The notes: generated by a model not told the origin, from the sequence alone. A stretch of DNA of 64,000 bases from Octopus sinensis (GCF_006345805.1 NC_043020.1:17298001-17362000); one strand, 5' to 3'; positions 37,233 through 51,072 are shown, numbered from the stretch's first letter. Program-made: numbers and translations.

Positions 37233-37754
37233 CCATAAATCCTCGTATATAATCCGCATTTTCCCCCCAAAATTTAAAGGTCAAAATCCCTAGTGTGTAC
37301 TATATATGAGGTTAAAAATGAAAAATATTTCCTAAGCAATGTCCAAGTTTCTATTTGCTGTCCAGCAATGTTTATTCAGACACATTTTGTGATGTCGGGC
37401 GCAAAAATACCTTAAGCTAAGTCTGAAAGCAATGAAGTCATAAAAGAATCATCCATGACTTGCAGTAAGCAACATTTATTAAAATAAAAGTATTCAGAAC
37501 ACAGAATAACATGTAACAAAAACAATTTGCAAACATATTTACATTCCCATATAACAGTTAAGAACATCACCATTATTGTATTACACACGCACGGAAGTGT
37601 TTGTTCGACTAGGTGCTGCTGGTTTAATTATGCACGATTTAAATTAGAGAAAGGGTGCGTATTATACACAAGTTGTATGTTTTTCAGAGGTACAGCTCCC
37701 TAAAAATCCCCTGCGTATTATACTCAAGGGCAGACTATACTCAAGGATTTACGG
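37233..37754. mobile_element. Tigger/pogo-type MITE nested in an older TTAA MITE (about 37104-37852)
   Basis: TA-CCATAAATCCT...AGGATTTACGG-TA. Confidence 0.75.
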
Positions 37755-38853
37755 TAGTTGGATAAGTATGAGGGTCAGATTTGATTAGTTCAAACATAAA
37801 ACAGGTTGAATATTTAGACTGGATATGGCCAGTTTAGATGCTAAAGGGTTAAATTAAATGCTTTCTTTAGGTAAGACAGCTTATCAATACTTTCCTTGGA
37901 TGATAGCTTTGGTTCTTTCAGGAAATAGAGAGAAAAATCCAGCAATAAAGAGAGAGAAACAATGATAAAGAAACATTTTATAAATACTATCTTCTACTAT
38001 AGCCTCAGGTCAACAAAGCCTTGTGAGTGGATTTTGTAGACGGAAGCTGAAAGAAACCCATTGTATATATTATACATGTGTGTGTGTCTTTACCAGTCCC
38101 CCACCACCACTGGAAAACTGGTGTTGGTGGGTTTACATCCCTGTAACTTCTTTGTATGACAAAAGAAACTAATAAGATAAGTTTCAGGTTTTAAAATATT
38201 AGAATAATAGGTAGTGGAGTTGATTAATTCAATTGAAAATTCTTCAAGGCATGGCCATAATCAAATGACTGAAACAAGTAAAAGAAAGATCTTCTGGGTT
38301 CAGTTTCACAGTGTAGCATCTTGGACAAGTCTCTTGCTCAAGCACACAACACACAACCCAGTCTAGAAATTGAACCTGACACTATAACCACTGAGCCATG
38401 CACCCTCATGTATGTGTATGTGTGTGTGTGCGCACGCACAACATCAAAATTCTTCCCTGTGTTTGTGAAACTTTTGTATTCTGCCGTAATGCCTCATTTC
38501 CACACACGCCAGCTTAATTCAATTCATCCTTAGTCGAAAGACACCTGTTGTTATGTCCTGTTATTATTTTTATTGTATTTATTATTGCATTTATATTTGT
38601 GTAACTTTGTCCCTTTTTCTGTCCTTGTTTTTGTATACATTTGCTTAGTTTTTCCTTGGGGATGGCCAGATTGGAGCAATCTCAAGAATAATCAGCTGAA
38701 ATTGCAAGGATAATCTGGTGCTTGACTGAGGATAGAAATCTTCGAATGACCCATCCTTGTTTTCTTTGTATCGTCTATCTGGATGTTTTGTTGTCCCATT
38801 TTTGTATCACCTAGCTGGTCCGATGTTTTGCATTCTTCTCCCATTTTGTATTT

Positions 38854-38887
<34 letters not shown>

Positions 38888-39078
38888 GCAAAAAGTTACA
38901 CTACAAACAATAAGAAAAATGGAGAAGAGATGTTGGATATGATGAATATTTATTAGAAATATTTCCTCTTTTTGGACTCCTCAAAAAGTTTGAATTGTTC
39001 TACTTGAACTTATTGTTTCTCACACTTATATATATATATATGTATGTATGTATGTATATGTATATATATATATATGTA

Positions 39079-41510
39079 CCATATATTTTGGGGTATAAGA
39101 CAACCTTTCAGAGCCCAAAAATCACACCAAAATTGAGGGTTGTCTTATATAACAGGAACAAAAAGTGAACTTTACATCTTGTGGTGAATTTGTACAGAAA
39201 ACTAGGCCTAATCTTAATTTAATACCGCCGACAGCCTCTGTGCAGTAACTACCGATGTAAGTACTTATATTTAAAACAATTGACATTAATATGCGACACT
39301 AATAATGTAATAGAACTGCCATCACCTAAAAATCTACAATCCACAGAAAAACTTTTTTTTCTCACTAAGATTACAAATTTTAATAAAAAGTATTACAAAA
39401 CATGTTTCACTAAGATTATCAATTTTAATAAAAATAATACAAAAAATACCACACACACATTGTTATTTAGATATGTTTCAAACATTTAATCCTTCAAAAT
39501 TGCTACAATCATCATCATCTGACCCAAAAAGTTCGTCAAGCAAATCATCATTTACTGTTTCATCGTAAGGGTCCCAGTTAGAATCTAGTGAGTCTACCGG
39601 TTTCATCTTCACTCTCATACAGCATATCATCCTCCATGCCATCCCTTGCATTAGAGACACCGCATTTTTTGAATGATCTCACTATACTTTCTTTCTTCAC
39701 ATTTCTCCATGCCTTTATAACAAACTCACACAAAACATCCACTGAAGCAGCACGCATAGCTCTGCCTTTTGTAAAAGATTTCTCTCTATGCAGCATCCAA
39801 TTGCTCCATTCCTCTCTCACATTATCTTTAACCCTTTCGTTACCAACCCGGCTGAAACCAGCTCTGGCTCTTTAGTACAAATGTCTGGTTTTCAAAAGTT
39901 CTGAATTAAAACCTTCCACCAAACCTTAGTCATAATTTATGTCCCTAACTCTAGCTTAATGATAACAATGTTATTTTACTTAATTCTTTGTTATATTTAA
40001 AATAATTGGAAGAAACACTGAGCATCTCAAAATAAATTCAGTAACGAAAGGGTTAAATGGTTTGTTTAGACTGACATCTAGTGGCTGCAGTAAAGAGGTC
40101 AGAATGCCAGGTGTAACTGCAATATCAGTATCATTTTGTGGTAATCTGGCCTTAGTGTTCTCTGTTATGTGGCTCTGAAACATATCCCAAACCAATAGAC
40201 TTCTTTCCTTTTTTATCCCAACTGGACGTATGCTCCAAATATTTTCTATCCACAATTTTATGCCATTCTCATCCATCTATCTTTTTTCATGAAAACGAAG
40301 AAATACACCAGAAGGAAAATTCATTTTAGGCTTAGTTTTTTGCTGAAAAATTACCATGGGTTTCAGTTTCATTCCGTTAGCCATGCACTTAATACGACCT
40401 TAAACCTTGTCTTTTCAAGACCCGTGCCTCTAACATGCATGGTTTTGGCACCTTTCATATCAACTATTCTATCACCCATCATGTCAAAGTTTAATGGGGT
40501 CTCATCCATATTTCCGATACATGACATACGAAACTGATGACTTTGCCTCATCCCAATAATAAATCGATGAAAATTGGTAACTTTATGACCAAGGTCACTC
40601 GGTAGCTTTTGAGCGATTTTAGTTTTTTGTTGTATCACAAGATTCTTTCTATTCATGAAACGACTGCACCAGCCTATTGTTGCTTTAAAGTCCTGGCTTT
40701 TGCCCATTTCAATGCATATGATCTTATTTTATTTCGTGTTACTACGTATCTATCTTGTCTCAGTTCAAGTACTCACTTGCAAACAGGATATGCGACTCTG
40801 GCCAACGAGTGCTTCTTCTTTTCATTGCACATTTCAGTTTTGACATGTTTCTTGAATTATCTTCATTCTTTCTCCAATCTCTTACCACCTTCTCAGTCAT
40901 ATCAAATGTTCTCACGGCAGCACAGTCGTTAGATGCCTTGGCAACTTCGATAACTCTCAGTTTAAAACTTACTTCGTATTTTCGTTGTTTATTTGGCGGC
41001 TCCATGGGTAGTTTGGTAGTTTGAGTATAAGAAATATTTGAGAATTGCATCTGGTTGGTAGTAGAGTCAAGAACAGATTGAATCAGAGAGAAAAAGAAGT
41101 GAAAACTACCACTGTAGTTGAAGCGCCTTAAGAAGAAGAAGAAGAAGAAGAAGCTGAAGAAGAAGCTGAAGAAGAAGAAGAAGAAGAAGCTGTTTGTTGA
41201 TATAATGATCTCATCAGTCGTCAGCTGCTTTGAACATTTCAAATAGTTCAGCCACATAAACACGTCTTTGTTTATGATGTTACAATCGACAGCATTAAAG
41301 AATGTGTGTCATCATTTTGTACAAATTTACATTAATGCTATATATTGTTTCATGTCTTAACTTTCAAGGATACAGCAAGTAAAATAACATTTCTAATAAT
41401 ATCGTCTTTAATTAATATCTGGTATTTTATATGATATGGTAACTTTTACACTGTCGCTTAGGCTATCCTTAAACTTAGGCAAGCTTTGTATTTTAAGGTC
41501 GTCTTATACC
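39079..41510 (-). mobile_element. Decayed pogo-family DNA transposon
   Basis: TIR ggtataagacaacct / aggtcgtcttatacc; Brinker-like HTH (RKYEVSFKLRVI..VRDWRK), CENP-B-like HTH (FKATIGWCSRFM) and DDE motifs NMDETP, LLVWDMFQSH, LQPLDVSLNKPF in broken frames. Confidence 0.9.
39832..40052. mobile_element. 221-bp TTAA MITE inside the pogo transposase
   Basis: TTAA duplicated; removing the MITE restores NKPFKDNVREEW. Confidence 0.9.
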
Positions 41511-41816
41511 TATTCCTTTATTACCCACAAGGGGCTAAACACAGAGAGGACAAACAAGGACAGACAAACGGATTAAGTTGATTTTATCGACCCCAGTGCG
41601 TAACTGGTACTTATTTAATCGACCCCGAAAGGATGAAAGGCAAAGTCGACCTCGGCGGAATTTGAACTCAGAATGTAGTGGCAGACAAATTACGGCTGCG
41701 CATTTCGCCATATATATAGTTAATCTAAACATGAACAAAGAGAAAACACAACAGCACGAAAACATGGAACAAGTATAGTGTTATTGGACGCTCAGGAAAG
41801 GAAAGAAAGAAGGAGG

Positions 41817-41851
41817 ATTTAACGTTTCGAGTGGAGCTCTTCGTCAGAAAC
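41817..41851 (-). ncRNA. Candidate minimal type I hammerhead ribozyme (P4 copy 41717-41905)
   Basis: GTTT-CTGACGA-A-GAG(ctcca)CTC-GAAA-C-GTT-AAAT; all core positions intact. Confidence 0.7.
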
Positions 41852-43043
41852 ATAGAAAAAGGAAAGGTCCAAGGAAGGAAAGACGGAGAAAGAAAATCGC
41901 CGATACACACACAGTCACACACATTATCATCATCATCGTTTAGCGTCCGCTTTCCATGCTGGCATGGGTTGGACAGTTCAACTGGGGTCTGGGAAGCCAG
42001 AAGGCTGCACCAGGCCCAGTCTGATCTGGCAATGTTTCTACGGCTGGATGCCCTTCCTAACGCCAACCACTCCATGATTGTAGTGGGTGCATTTTATGTG
42101 CCAGACGAGGCCGGCAAACGGCCACGATCGGATGGTGCTTTTTACGTGCCACCGGCACGGATATATATATATATATATATAACCCGTGCTAGCGCGGAAA
42201 ACGGACGTTAAACGATGATGATGATGATGATGATGATATATATATATATATATATAGAGAGAGATAACCAACCACATTGTATTCCAGCTATGTTATGTAT
42301 GTAGATGTTTTATTTTGAATGAGAAAAGCCATGCATACAGGTTAAAATTCTTGGTCAAATATGTTATTTGCAGAGTATTTATTAAAACAAAGGCTGGAAT
42401 TAATGGAATTTATGATCAGTTATAATAAAAACAATTTTACATTAATCTCATGGGTTACTCTATACTTTTGTAGAGACAAATTTATCATTTTTATACAAGG
42501 ATGTTGTTGACAGTGACTTTGAAGTATATGTAGGGGCAGGGAAGGTAAAATGAGTAACTTCTGATTTCTTGCTATTTTCTTCCTACCTGTTTGAAATTGT
42601 TGTATTGCAAGCACTGCATCATTTTTTGTACTGCTGCATCTTGTTTAGGAGTAAAAATTGGTCAGCATAGTTGTTGTTATTGTTGAAGTTGAGAGAGTCC
42701 AGAACAATCAAGTGACAAGTCCTCTTTTTTCAAGAAATCTTTCCTCAACTTTGACCCAATTGTAATTGAGGTTGCTAATAAAATATCTGGTTAATTTTTG
42801 GTGCTTAACAATTAAGATTCTTTTCTCCATTGGATTCCAAGACAATTTACTTTTCTGCATTTATGTCTAATTTGATAATTTTTAAGTTTCAAAAAATGAT
42901 GTCTAAAATGGGGTAAAATGAGTAATGCCTAATTTCAATAATTTCTTGTCTTTAACTGCACAGTGAGTAAATATATCACAAAGAGGACACTCCAGCAGAT
43001 CATGAAGAAGCTACAGAGAATATATTATGCCTAGTTTCTTTTA

Positions 43044-43184
43044 TTAGGTTGTCCCAAAAGTTCGTAAACACTTGCGAAAATTGAATTTTTACTCGCCAAG
43101 TACTAACAAAAACAACAAAAATTATTCCTCAAAATAAAGACCATTATTTTCCAAGACTTTCTACGAACTTTTGGGACAACCTTA
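43044..43184. mobile_element. Small Tc1/mariner MITE
   Basis: TIR aggttgtcccaaaagttcgta / tacgaacttttgggacaacct, TA-flanked. Confidence 0.75.
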
Positions 43185-43859
43185 TATTTAGTCAAGTTTC
43201 ATTTATTAATTTTATATCATGTGCCATTTTTCCCTAATCCTCCTTCATTTGACCTAGATATTTAAATTTTCTTTTTTTTTTTTTTTTGCTATTTCTGATC
43301 TTTCTAATGTTGTTGATGTTGAAATTCCAGTGAATGAGCTTTGGATCTAAATTAGAAACCGGCTCTTTCTCTATTGGCAAGAAATCTTGAATGACATACA
43401 TACATATATTCATACAGTCACACACATGCGCGAGCATGACAGACTTCCACATAATTTCCGTCTCTGAAATCCAATTGCAAAATATCCGATACTACTGATG
43501 AAGAATTCCCTTACACAAACAGATGCACAAGCGAGAGTGAACTTGGAATAATGTGATTGCGAAAAACCGTGACTGCCATTCCTGGAAGAAGCTCATTGCG
43601 TGATCGGCTCAAGGCCATCAGTGTTGTTATTTTGGTGACATAAATAAAGTAGCAGCAGCAGCTGATAAACAAACACATGTGTGCTCGCTTCCTTCACAAC
43701 TATGTGGTCTTGAGTTCAGTTCCACTGCGAGGCATCTGTGGCAAGTGTCTTCTGCTGTAGTCCCGAGTCAAGCAATGCCGTGTGAGTGGATTTGGCAGAT
43801 GGAAACTGAAAGAAGCTTGTCATATATATGTGTGTGTGTGTGCGCTTGTGGATCTAGTC

Positions 43860-45414
43860 GGTTTGGCTGCCAACGTCAATTTTCAGTTCAAATTGATTTC
43901 ATATTCATTGTATCGATACACTTTTATAGGCTAATTAATGACGTGAAAGTAATTTTCGCTATAAATCAATAAATAAAGGGTCATTAGCAATTACAGGGTT
44001 GAAAAGTTTGGTAATTTTAGCCAATCGTAAGCCACAGACACATTCGTGCCTGTTTCGATAGTAAGAAGCGGAACATGAAAACCTTTTTGTCTGCAAGAAA
44101 GCGCATGCCTGTTGCCATAGTAACAAGCAAAACCGAGCAGGTTTTGAAAAGCCTTTTATCTACAAGGAAGCACATGTTGACAAATTTGATGCTGTGTTCT
44201 GTGTGAATATAGCAGCAAGCTCCAGTAACTTTGCTTCTATTATGGAAACATTGAAAACAGAGGAGGATGCTGTGTCATACCTTCAAGAGAAGGGTATTAA
44301 ACCCAAAAGAAAACTATGTAAAAAAGGGGCATGTTATGTGTACGAAAAGACATGATGGGAACCTGTACTGGCATTCACGTGTTGGTTGGTTGGCATCCTT
44401 TTTGTCTTGGAAGACAATGGAGTTGCGCATAAAATAATCTAGTCCATTCACATGTAATGTGTTGTTTATTGCATTTGCATTAAATGAAGGCATAAATGTT
44501 TGTTTTTTTAAGCATATTAAAATTGTAATTAAACATATTTAAATTGTAATATGTTTATCGCATGTGATGTATTGTTCATCGCAAGTGGCTGTGTGGTAAG
44601 TAGCTTGCTTACCAACCACATGGTTCTGGGTTCATTCCCACTGCATGGCACATTGAGCAAGTGTCTTCTACTATAGCCTCGGGCCAACTAAAGCCTTGTG
44701 AGTGGATTTGGTAGACGGAAACTGAAAGAAACCTATCATATATATGTATATATATGCATATGTGTGTGTGTGTCTGTGTGTTTGTGTGTCTGTGTTTGTC
44801 CCCCCAAAATCGCTTGACAACCGATGCTGGTGTGTTTGTGTCCCCGTAACTTAGCGGTTTGTCAAAAAGAGACCGATAGAATAAGTACTAGGCTTACAAA
44901 GAATAAGTCCTGGGATTGATTTGCTCGACTAAAGGCGGTGCTCCAGCATGGCCACAGTCAAATGACTGAAACAAATAAAAGAGTAAAGAGTATTGAATGC
45001 TTAAATGTTTGTTTACTCATTTCTTTTTGGCCATTGAGCACTGAGGTGGCTGTGAGGAGTGCTGAAAATAACAGATAAGATTTTTGGGATAAATCTTTAA
45101 AATTAACATAAACATTTATTTTCATGAAAGAAAACTACTAGAGACATAACATGTGTTGTTTACAAATATTGACAACATGTGCTACTTTCAGGATGTTGAC
45201 AACAAAATGTGCAGTCACGCAGAAAATGACAGCTTACAAAACCTGTTTCCTGACAGAGTGAAAATGATCAAGCTTTAAACCTCTATAACTTTTTAAAAAC
45301 ATTTTTCTGGAAAAAATGAAATAACTCCAGCAATTCAGTTTGGGAAAGTGTATTACTTTGCCAAATTAAAAAATTTTTGGTAAACTTTAATTTTTGAAAT
45401 GCTGACAGCCAAAC
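43860..45414 (+). mobile_element. Possible Merlin/IS1595-like DNA transposon relic
   Basis: Short TIR ggtttggctg / cagccaaacc; peptide METLKTEEDAVSYLQEKGIKPKRKLCKKG near 44240; no TSD found. Confidence 0.3.
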
Positions 45415-46029
45415 CAATAAGATCTGTGTTTGCTCCCCACATGTGGAGGCGCATGGCTTAGTGGTTAGGGTGTCAACATCATGATCGTAAGATTGTGGTT
45501 TCAATTCCTGGACCGGGCGACGCGTTGTGTTCTTGAGCATACACTTCATTTCACGTTGCTCCAGTCCACTCAGCTGGCAAAAGTAAGTAACACTGCAATG
45601 GACTGGCATCCCATCCAGCTTGGGAACACATACGCCATGGAAACCGGGAAACCGGGCCCATGAGCCTGGCTAGGGTTTAAAAAGGGTGCATTTATTATTT
45701 TTTTTCTTTTGCTTCCCACAACCGCTTGACAACGGGTGTTAGTTTTTTTTCTGATGTTTTTTTTAAATAGTATACTTTTCTGTTACTAGATATTTTTCCT
45801 TACACTTATTCATGGATTTGCTCGGTGCTGGGGGGGGGGGAGGAGGGAAGAAACAAGGAAAGTACCAGGGACTCATGGATGTGGTAGAAATATTTTCGTC
45901 TGAAAATATTTTCAAATTTTATTTTATTTTATTTTTTTTACCGAAAAGATTTTTCCCATTGTAATGCAGGAAAAAAAAAAGGCCAAAATCATATATTTTC
46001 CTAACTTCCTTTTTACCACAAAAAACACT

Positions 46030-46345
46030 TGGTTAATGTTTACAACTTGACCCAGAAACGAAAATCAGAAAAAAATAGTGCAACAGGTGTAAAAAAAAAT
46101 GTGTAGGAAACAAATATGAAAAAAAAAAATGTGTGCAAAGCATCGGGAGGGTGGGGAGAGGACCTCGGAAAATTCACAAGATCCGAGTTTTTCCCTCATA
46201 ACTTTTAAGAAAATGGGGATTTTTCAATGAAATTTTATATAAATACCTTTCAAATGGCATACATTACGATTATAAAGTGATTTGTGTGTAAAATTTTGAG
46301 GTGGGGAGAAGACTTTTGGAAAATTTCCAAGATCCGAATTTTTCC
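46030..46345. repeat. Repeat with about 155-bp internal units; inverted partner at about 49545-50025
   Basis: ggaaaattcacaagatccgagtttttcc and gacccagaaacgaaaatcagaaaa blocks recur as reverse complements. Confidence 0.7.
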
Positions 46346-46545
46346 TTGTTATATTCCGAAATCACATTCAACTTTCTACAGATACCCTAGCATAGTACTA
46401 GGTAGTGTTTATTTCTATCCACTTTCAATAATCTTTGAGATTTTGGCTTCAATTTTGTTTCATTTTATCTTCAATTATTTTTACACTTTTTTAACCCTTC
46501 CGTCGTTATTCTCATTCACAAATATATATAATATATATATATATA

Positions 46546-46941
46546 CTAGCAGTATCGCCCGACATTGCTCGGGTTGTAAGGGAAATAACTATATAAGCAT
46601 TTTTAGAGAGTTATAGCCAAAAAATAGCAAAAAAATGCATTAAAAATTGAAAAAAAATTAAGGTAAATTTTTTTTTTAAATCGTTGACACATCGTAGATA
46701 TTTTTAGAGAGTTACTTCCCTTATATAAAAGCGAAAAAAATGCATTAAAATGGAAAAATATGATGGTAAATTTTTTTTAAATCGTAGACTCATCGTAGAC
46801 GCGCGCTAATACCCAGAAGGGCTCGATATGAATCACAACTATAAGATACCCGCTTTTGGTTAAACTGCACCGCAAAATGTGGGAGTAGTTACGAATCTAA
46901 ATCGTAGGAGACAGACACACAACTTCACTCTTATATAAAGA
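46546..46941 (-). mobile_element. Non-autonomous Helitron (second family)
   Basis: On the minus strand: a|TC...CTAG|t with subterminal cccga/tcggg hairpin; a third short relic at about 47580-47711. Confidence 0.7.
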
Positions 46942-47717
46942 TGCTTTTTTTTTTTCAGTCATAGAGTTAGATTTATGAAGGTCTTCAGTAGAAAATCCTT
47001 CGAATTCTGACTCGCTGCTTGATATAATGAAATTCGTATCCATTTTTTGTCAGAATTACAAATTTTGAAAACACAATAGGAACAAATTTCGGAAAAAAAT
47101 CTCCCATAATTCACGGAATTAAAATTACACTTCGATTTTTGTACAAAACTGTATTTGAAGTGTTTACGAAGTATAATACGTGTTTTCACGAATGTACTAA
47201 AGAGATTTACTCTGATATTCTCATTTAAATATGAATAGGTAAATTCGGGCGGTTTGGTAACGAAAGGGTGTCGTCTGTTTATACATAAACACTGTTTCAT
47301 ACTTTCAGTTTAGTCTTCCTCAAATCACTCTGTCGCTATTTACTCTCTTCCAAGAACATTTTCACTCACTCTTATCTGTTAGCTTGCCATACATTTTACT
47401 CATGTATCTATCAGCGTGATAGACAGAAACAAATATTACATCTAGTTTCACTTTATTCGTTGCACACTGTGTGTGTGCGTTTGCGTGTGCTGTAAACCAG
47501 ACTAAGAAAAGCATTTGACATACACACCAGAATGTGAGTTTTCTGTAAATTTTGCTTAATTGGAGTTTAAATTTTAAAACTGGACCTGGCAAAACCCGAT
47601 GCATTCTACTCTTAAAAATGCTAGGTAAATTGTAATTGAAGAAATCCTATATTGTAGATTTCTATAACTGACAAAGGGAGGCAGATAAAATCTGCCTTTT
47701 ATAATAAGAGATACAAA

Positions 47718-49410
47718 CTAGCACTATGACCCGGCGTTGCCGGGTCATAGTGCTAGTGCATGCATATGCAGCTGCGTGCGTGCGCACATACATGCGAGTA
47801 CTGTCCAAATCTCCGACCAGTCACATACAGCTAGCTGGCATTCAATTAGCGTATCAAGTTTCGGGCATTTTGATTGGGTTTTGGATAGAAAATTCACAAA
47901 AAAGTCCCTTCTATTGATTTTTGAATGGCTTTGCAGGGTGACTGTGGAAATGTAAAGATGTGCACGACCACCCTTGGACGGTTTTGAATGAGCATAGAAA
48001 GTGCGAGCCCTCTAACTGAAAAATTGTGGATTTGTATAAAGGACACACACACAGACATTTGCCATTTATATATGTATGCAAACACTATATGAGAGAGGTT
48101 TTCTTTAAGTATTAGAAATAGTTTTAAAAAAGTTTTTTTTAGCTGCTATTTCTAATGAGTTCAGTATGCGGCAAAGTAATTTATTTTACTAAGCCCTTTT
48201 ATATATGTAATAATTTGAATTCGCCTTAAATGGTCCCTTTGCATACTGAACACTTGGTGAAATTGATTAATTAATTAATTTTACCCTCAATTGTTGAAAT
48301 TATAATTCATCTCTCTCTATATAATGCTGCGGATTTTACCGAAAAAAGCATAGTGTTTGCTGATTTTAACCCACGCTGGTGGAAAGGGGAGAGCAGAAAT
48401 TCTTCGCTTGCATTTTTGAGTTTGTTGGCACTGTTAGTTGCGAGCAGATCTTCGGAAGCGAGAGGAGGCCGAGAGGGTATGCTCCTACTTTCAGTGTTTT
48501 CAAATCCAAACCAGGGAGTTCTGAGCTGATGATAGAAGTGTCGTGTTGACTAATCTTGAACGTACGTTCTCAAATAACCTTTGCACTTGATTTTTTAATG
48601 TCTCTACCCCCATATTTGCGTGAGTTGAATTGAGCAAACACTATATGAGAGAGGTTTTCTTTAAGTATTAGAAATAGTTTTAAAAAAGTTTTTTTTAGCT
48701 GCTATTTCTAATGAGTTCAGTATGCGGCAAAGTAATTATTTTACTAAGCCCTTTTATATAATGTAATAATTTGAATTCGCCTTAAATGGTCCCTTTGCAT
48801 ACTGAACACTTGGTGAAATGATTAATTAATTAATTTTACCCTCAATTGTTGAAATTATAATTCATCTCTCTCTATATAATGCCGCGGATTTTACCGAAAA
48901 AAGCATAGTGTTTGCTGATTTTAACCCACGCTGGTGAAAGGGGAGAGCAGAAATTCTTCGCTTGCATTTTTGAGTTTGTTGGCACTGTTAGTTGCGAGCA
49001 GATCTTCGGAAGCGAGAGGAGGCCGAGAGGGTATGCTCCTACTTTCAGTGTTTTCAAATCCAAACCAGGGAGTTCTGAGCTGATGATAGAAGTGTCGTGT
49101 TGACTAATCTTGAAACGTACGTTCTCAAATAACCTTTGCACTTGATTTTTTAATGTCTCTACCCCCATATTTGCGTGAGTTGAATTGAGCAAACACTATA
49201 TGAGAGAGGTTTTCTTTAGTATTAGAAATAGTTTTAAAAAAGTTTTTTTTAGCTGCTATTTCTAATGAGTTCAGTATGCGGCAAAGTAATTTATTTTACT
49301 AAGCCCTTTTATATAATGTAATAATTTGAATTCGCCTTAAATGGTCCCTTTGCATACTGAACACTTGGTGAAATTGATTAATTAATTAATTTTACCCTCA
49401 ATTGTAGAGA
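47718..49410 (-). mobile_element. Helitron (same family as 8820-9182) split by the 555-bp array
   Basis: CTAG plus hairpin at 47718-47756; body to about 48075; the 5' TCTCT end reappears at 49406-49410. Confidence 0.75.
48078..49405 (+). repeat. 2.4 tandem copies of a 555-556 bp unit with HHR-like motif (family P5)
   Basis: Unit starts at 48078, 48634 and 49189; near-identical copies; motif at 48522-48572 and 49076-49127. Confidence 0.9.
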
Positions 49411-49439
49411 TATACATATATACATACATCTATATACAT

Positions 49440-49470
<31 letters not shown>

Positions 49471-50987
49471 CACACATAAATATATACAAATATATACATA
49501 TATATATACACATACACACATATATACACACATACCCATATCCAGTTATGAGGGAAAAACTCGGATCTTGTGAATTTTCCGAAGTCTTCTCCCCACTCGT
49601 TGGAAAAGATTTTACCCACAGATTTCTTTACAATCGTAATGTATGCCTTTTGAAAGGTATTTATATGAAATTTCATTGAAAAAAATCCACATTTTCCTAA
49701 ACGTTATGAGGGAAAATCTTGGATCTTGTGAATTTTCCGAAATCCTCTGCCCACCCACTTGGAAAAGATTTTCCCCACAAATTTCTTTATAATCGCAATG
49801 TATGCCGTTCGAAAACTATTTACATTAAATTTCATTGAAAATTTTCCTAAAAGTTATTGAAGGAAAAACTCGGATCTTGTGAATTTTCCGAGGTCCGCTC
49901 CCCACCCTCCCGTTAATTTGCGAGCATTTTTTTCTTCCTATTCGTTTCCTACACATTCTTTTACATCCACTGCACTATTTTTTTCTGATTTTCGTTTCCG
50001 GGTCAAATTGTAAACATTAATCAAAAACTTTCCCCCACAACTTTATATGTCGTGGTGGGGAAAAAATTGGAAAAATCCCCACCAAAACGGAGAAAATCCA
50101 AATGATGCGAGCGTCCTGATCAGAAACTCCATCGGTTTGTTTACGGTTCGGCAAAAGAAATCGGTATAATAAATGCTAAACTTAAAATATATATAAATAT
50201 TGGTGGTTGAGTTGACAAAAAATCCCTTCAATGGCTGAAACAAAATATAAAAGCTATTCTATTAACCCTTTCAAAACAAAAGGGTCACTCACATAATACA
50301 CCCATTCTAAAGACATAAAACATTTCGTTTAATAAATCCTTACAACACAAAATTCTGACATCTGGATTCGGATTCTAAGAAAACTAACTTTCGAATTCTT
50401 CATACAAATTCTAAGAAAACTAACTTTAGATTATTCATTCTTCATACGAATTCTAAGAAAACTGACTTCAGAATTCATCATAACAATTCGAAGAAGAACG
50501 GAGGACATGCAATAATCTTAATACCATGAAGTTTCATTTTCATTTTTCGATGCAGTTTATACGCAGTAATTTAATGAAAAAGAACGTAATTTGGATCTTT
50601 TAGAAAAGATCACGTAATTTATCAAAGCAAAGAAACAGCAAGCAGAGAGAGAGAGAGAGGGAGAGAGCGAGAGAGAGAGAGAGAAGCACACAGATAGACA
50701 GAGAGAGAGAGAGAGAGAAAGAGAGAGAAGCACACAGATAGACAGATAGAGAGAGAGAGAAAGAGAGAGTTGAAGAGACATCCCTAAAATAGGTGCTATA
50801 TTTGACAGTCAGAATCTAGGACAACTCCACTGTTACGACTGCACGACACACCTTAGACCTTTGACGTTATACACACACACACACACATATATATATATAT
50901 CTCCCTGCTTCCTTTTCCTGAGCGCCTATTAATAATAATACTGTAATTGTTCCATTGTTGTTGTTTTTTTGTTTCCCGTTTGGATTA

Positions 50988-51072
<85 letters not shown>

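Noticed and set aside
38723-38757. CTGAGGA-TAGA-aa-TCTT-CGAA hammerhead-like motif
   Set aside because: GAAA and stems I/III are not convincingly present; single degenerate copy, so a family consensus is needed.
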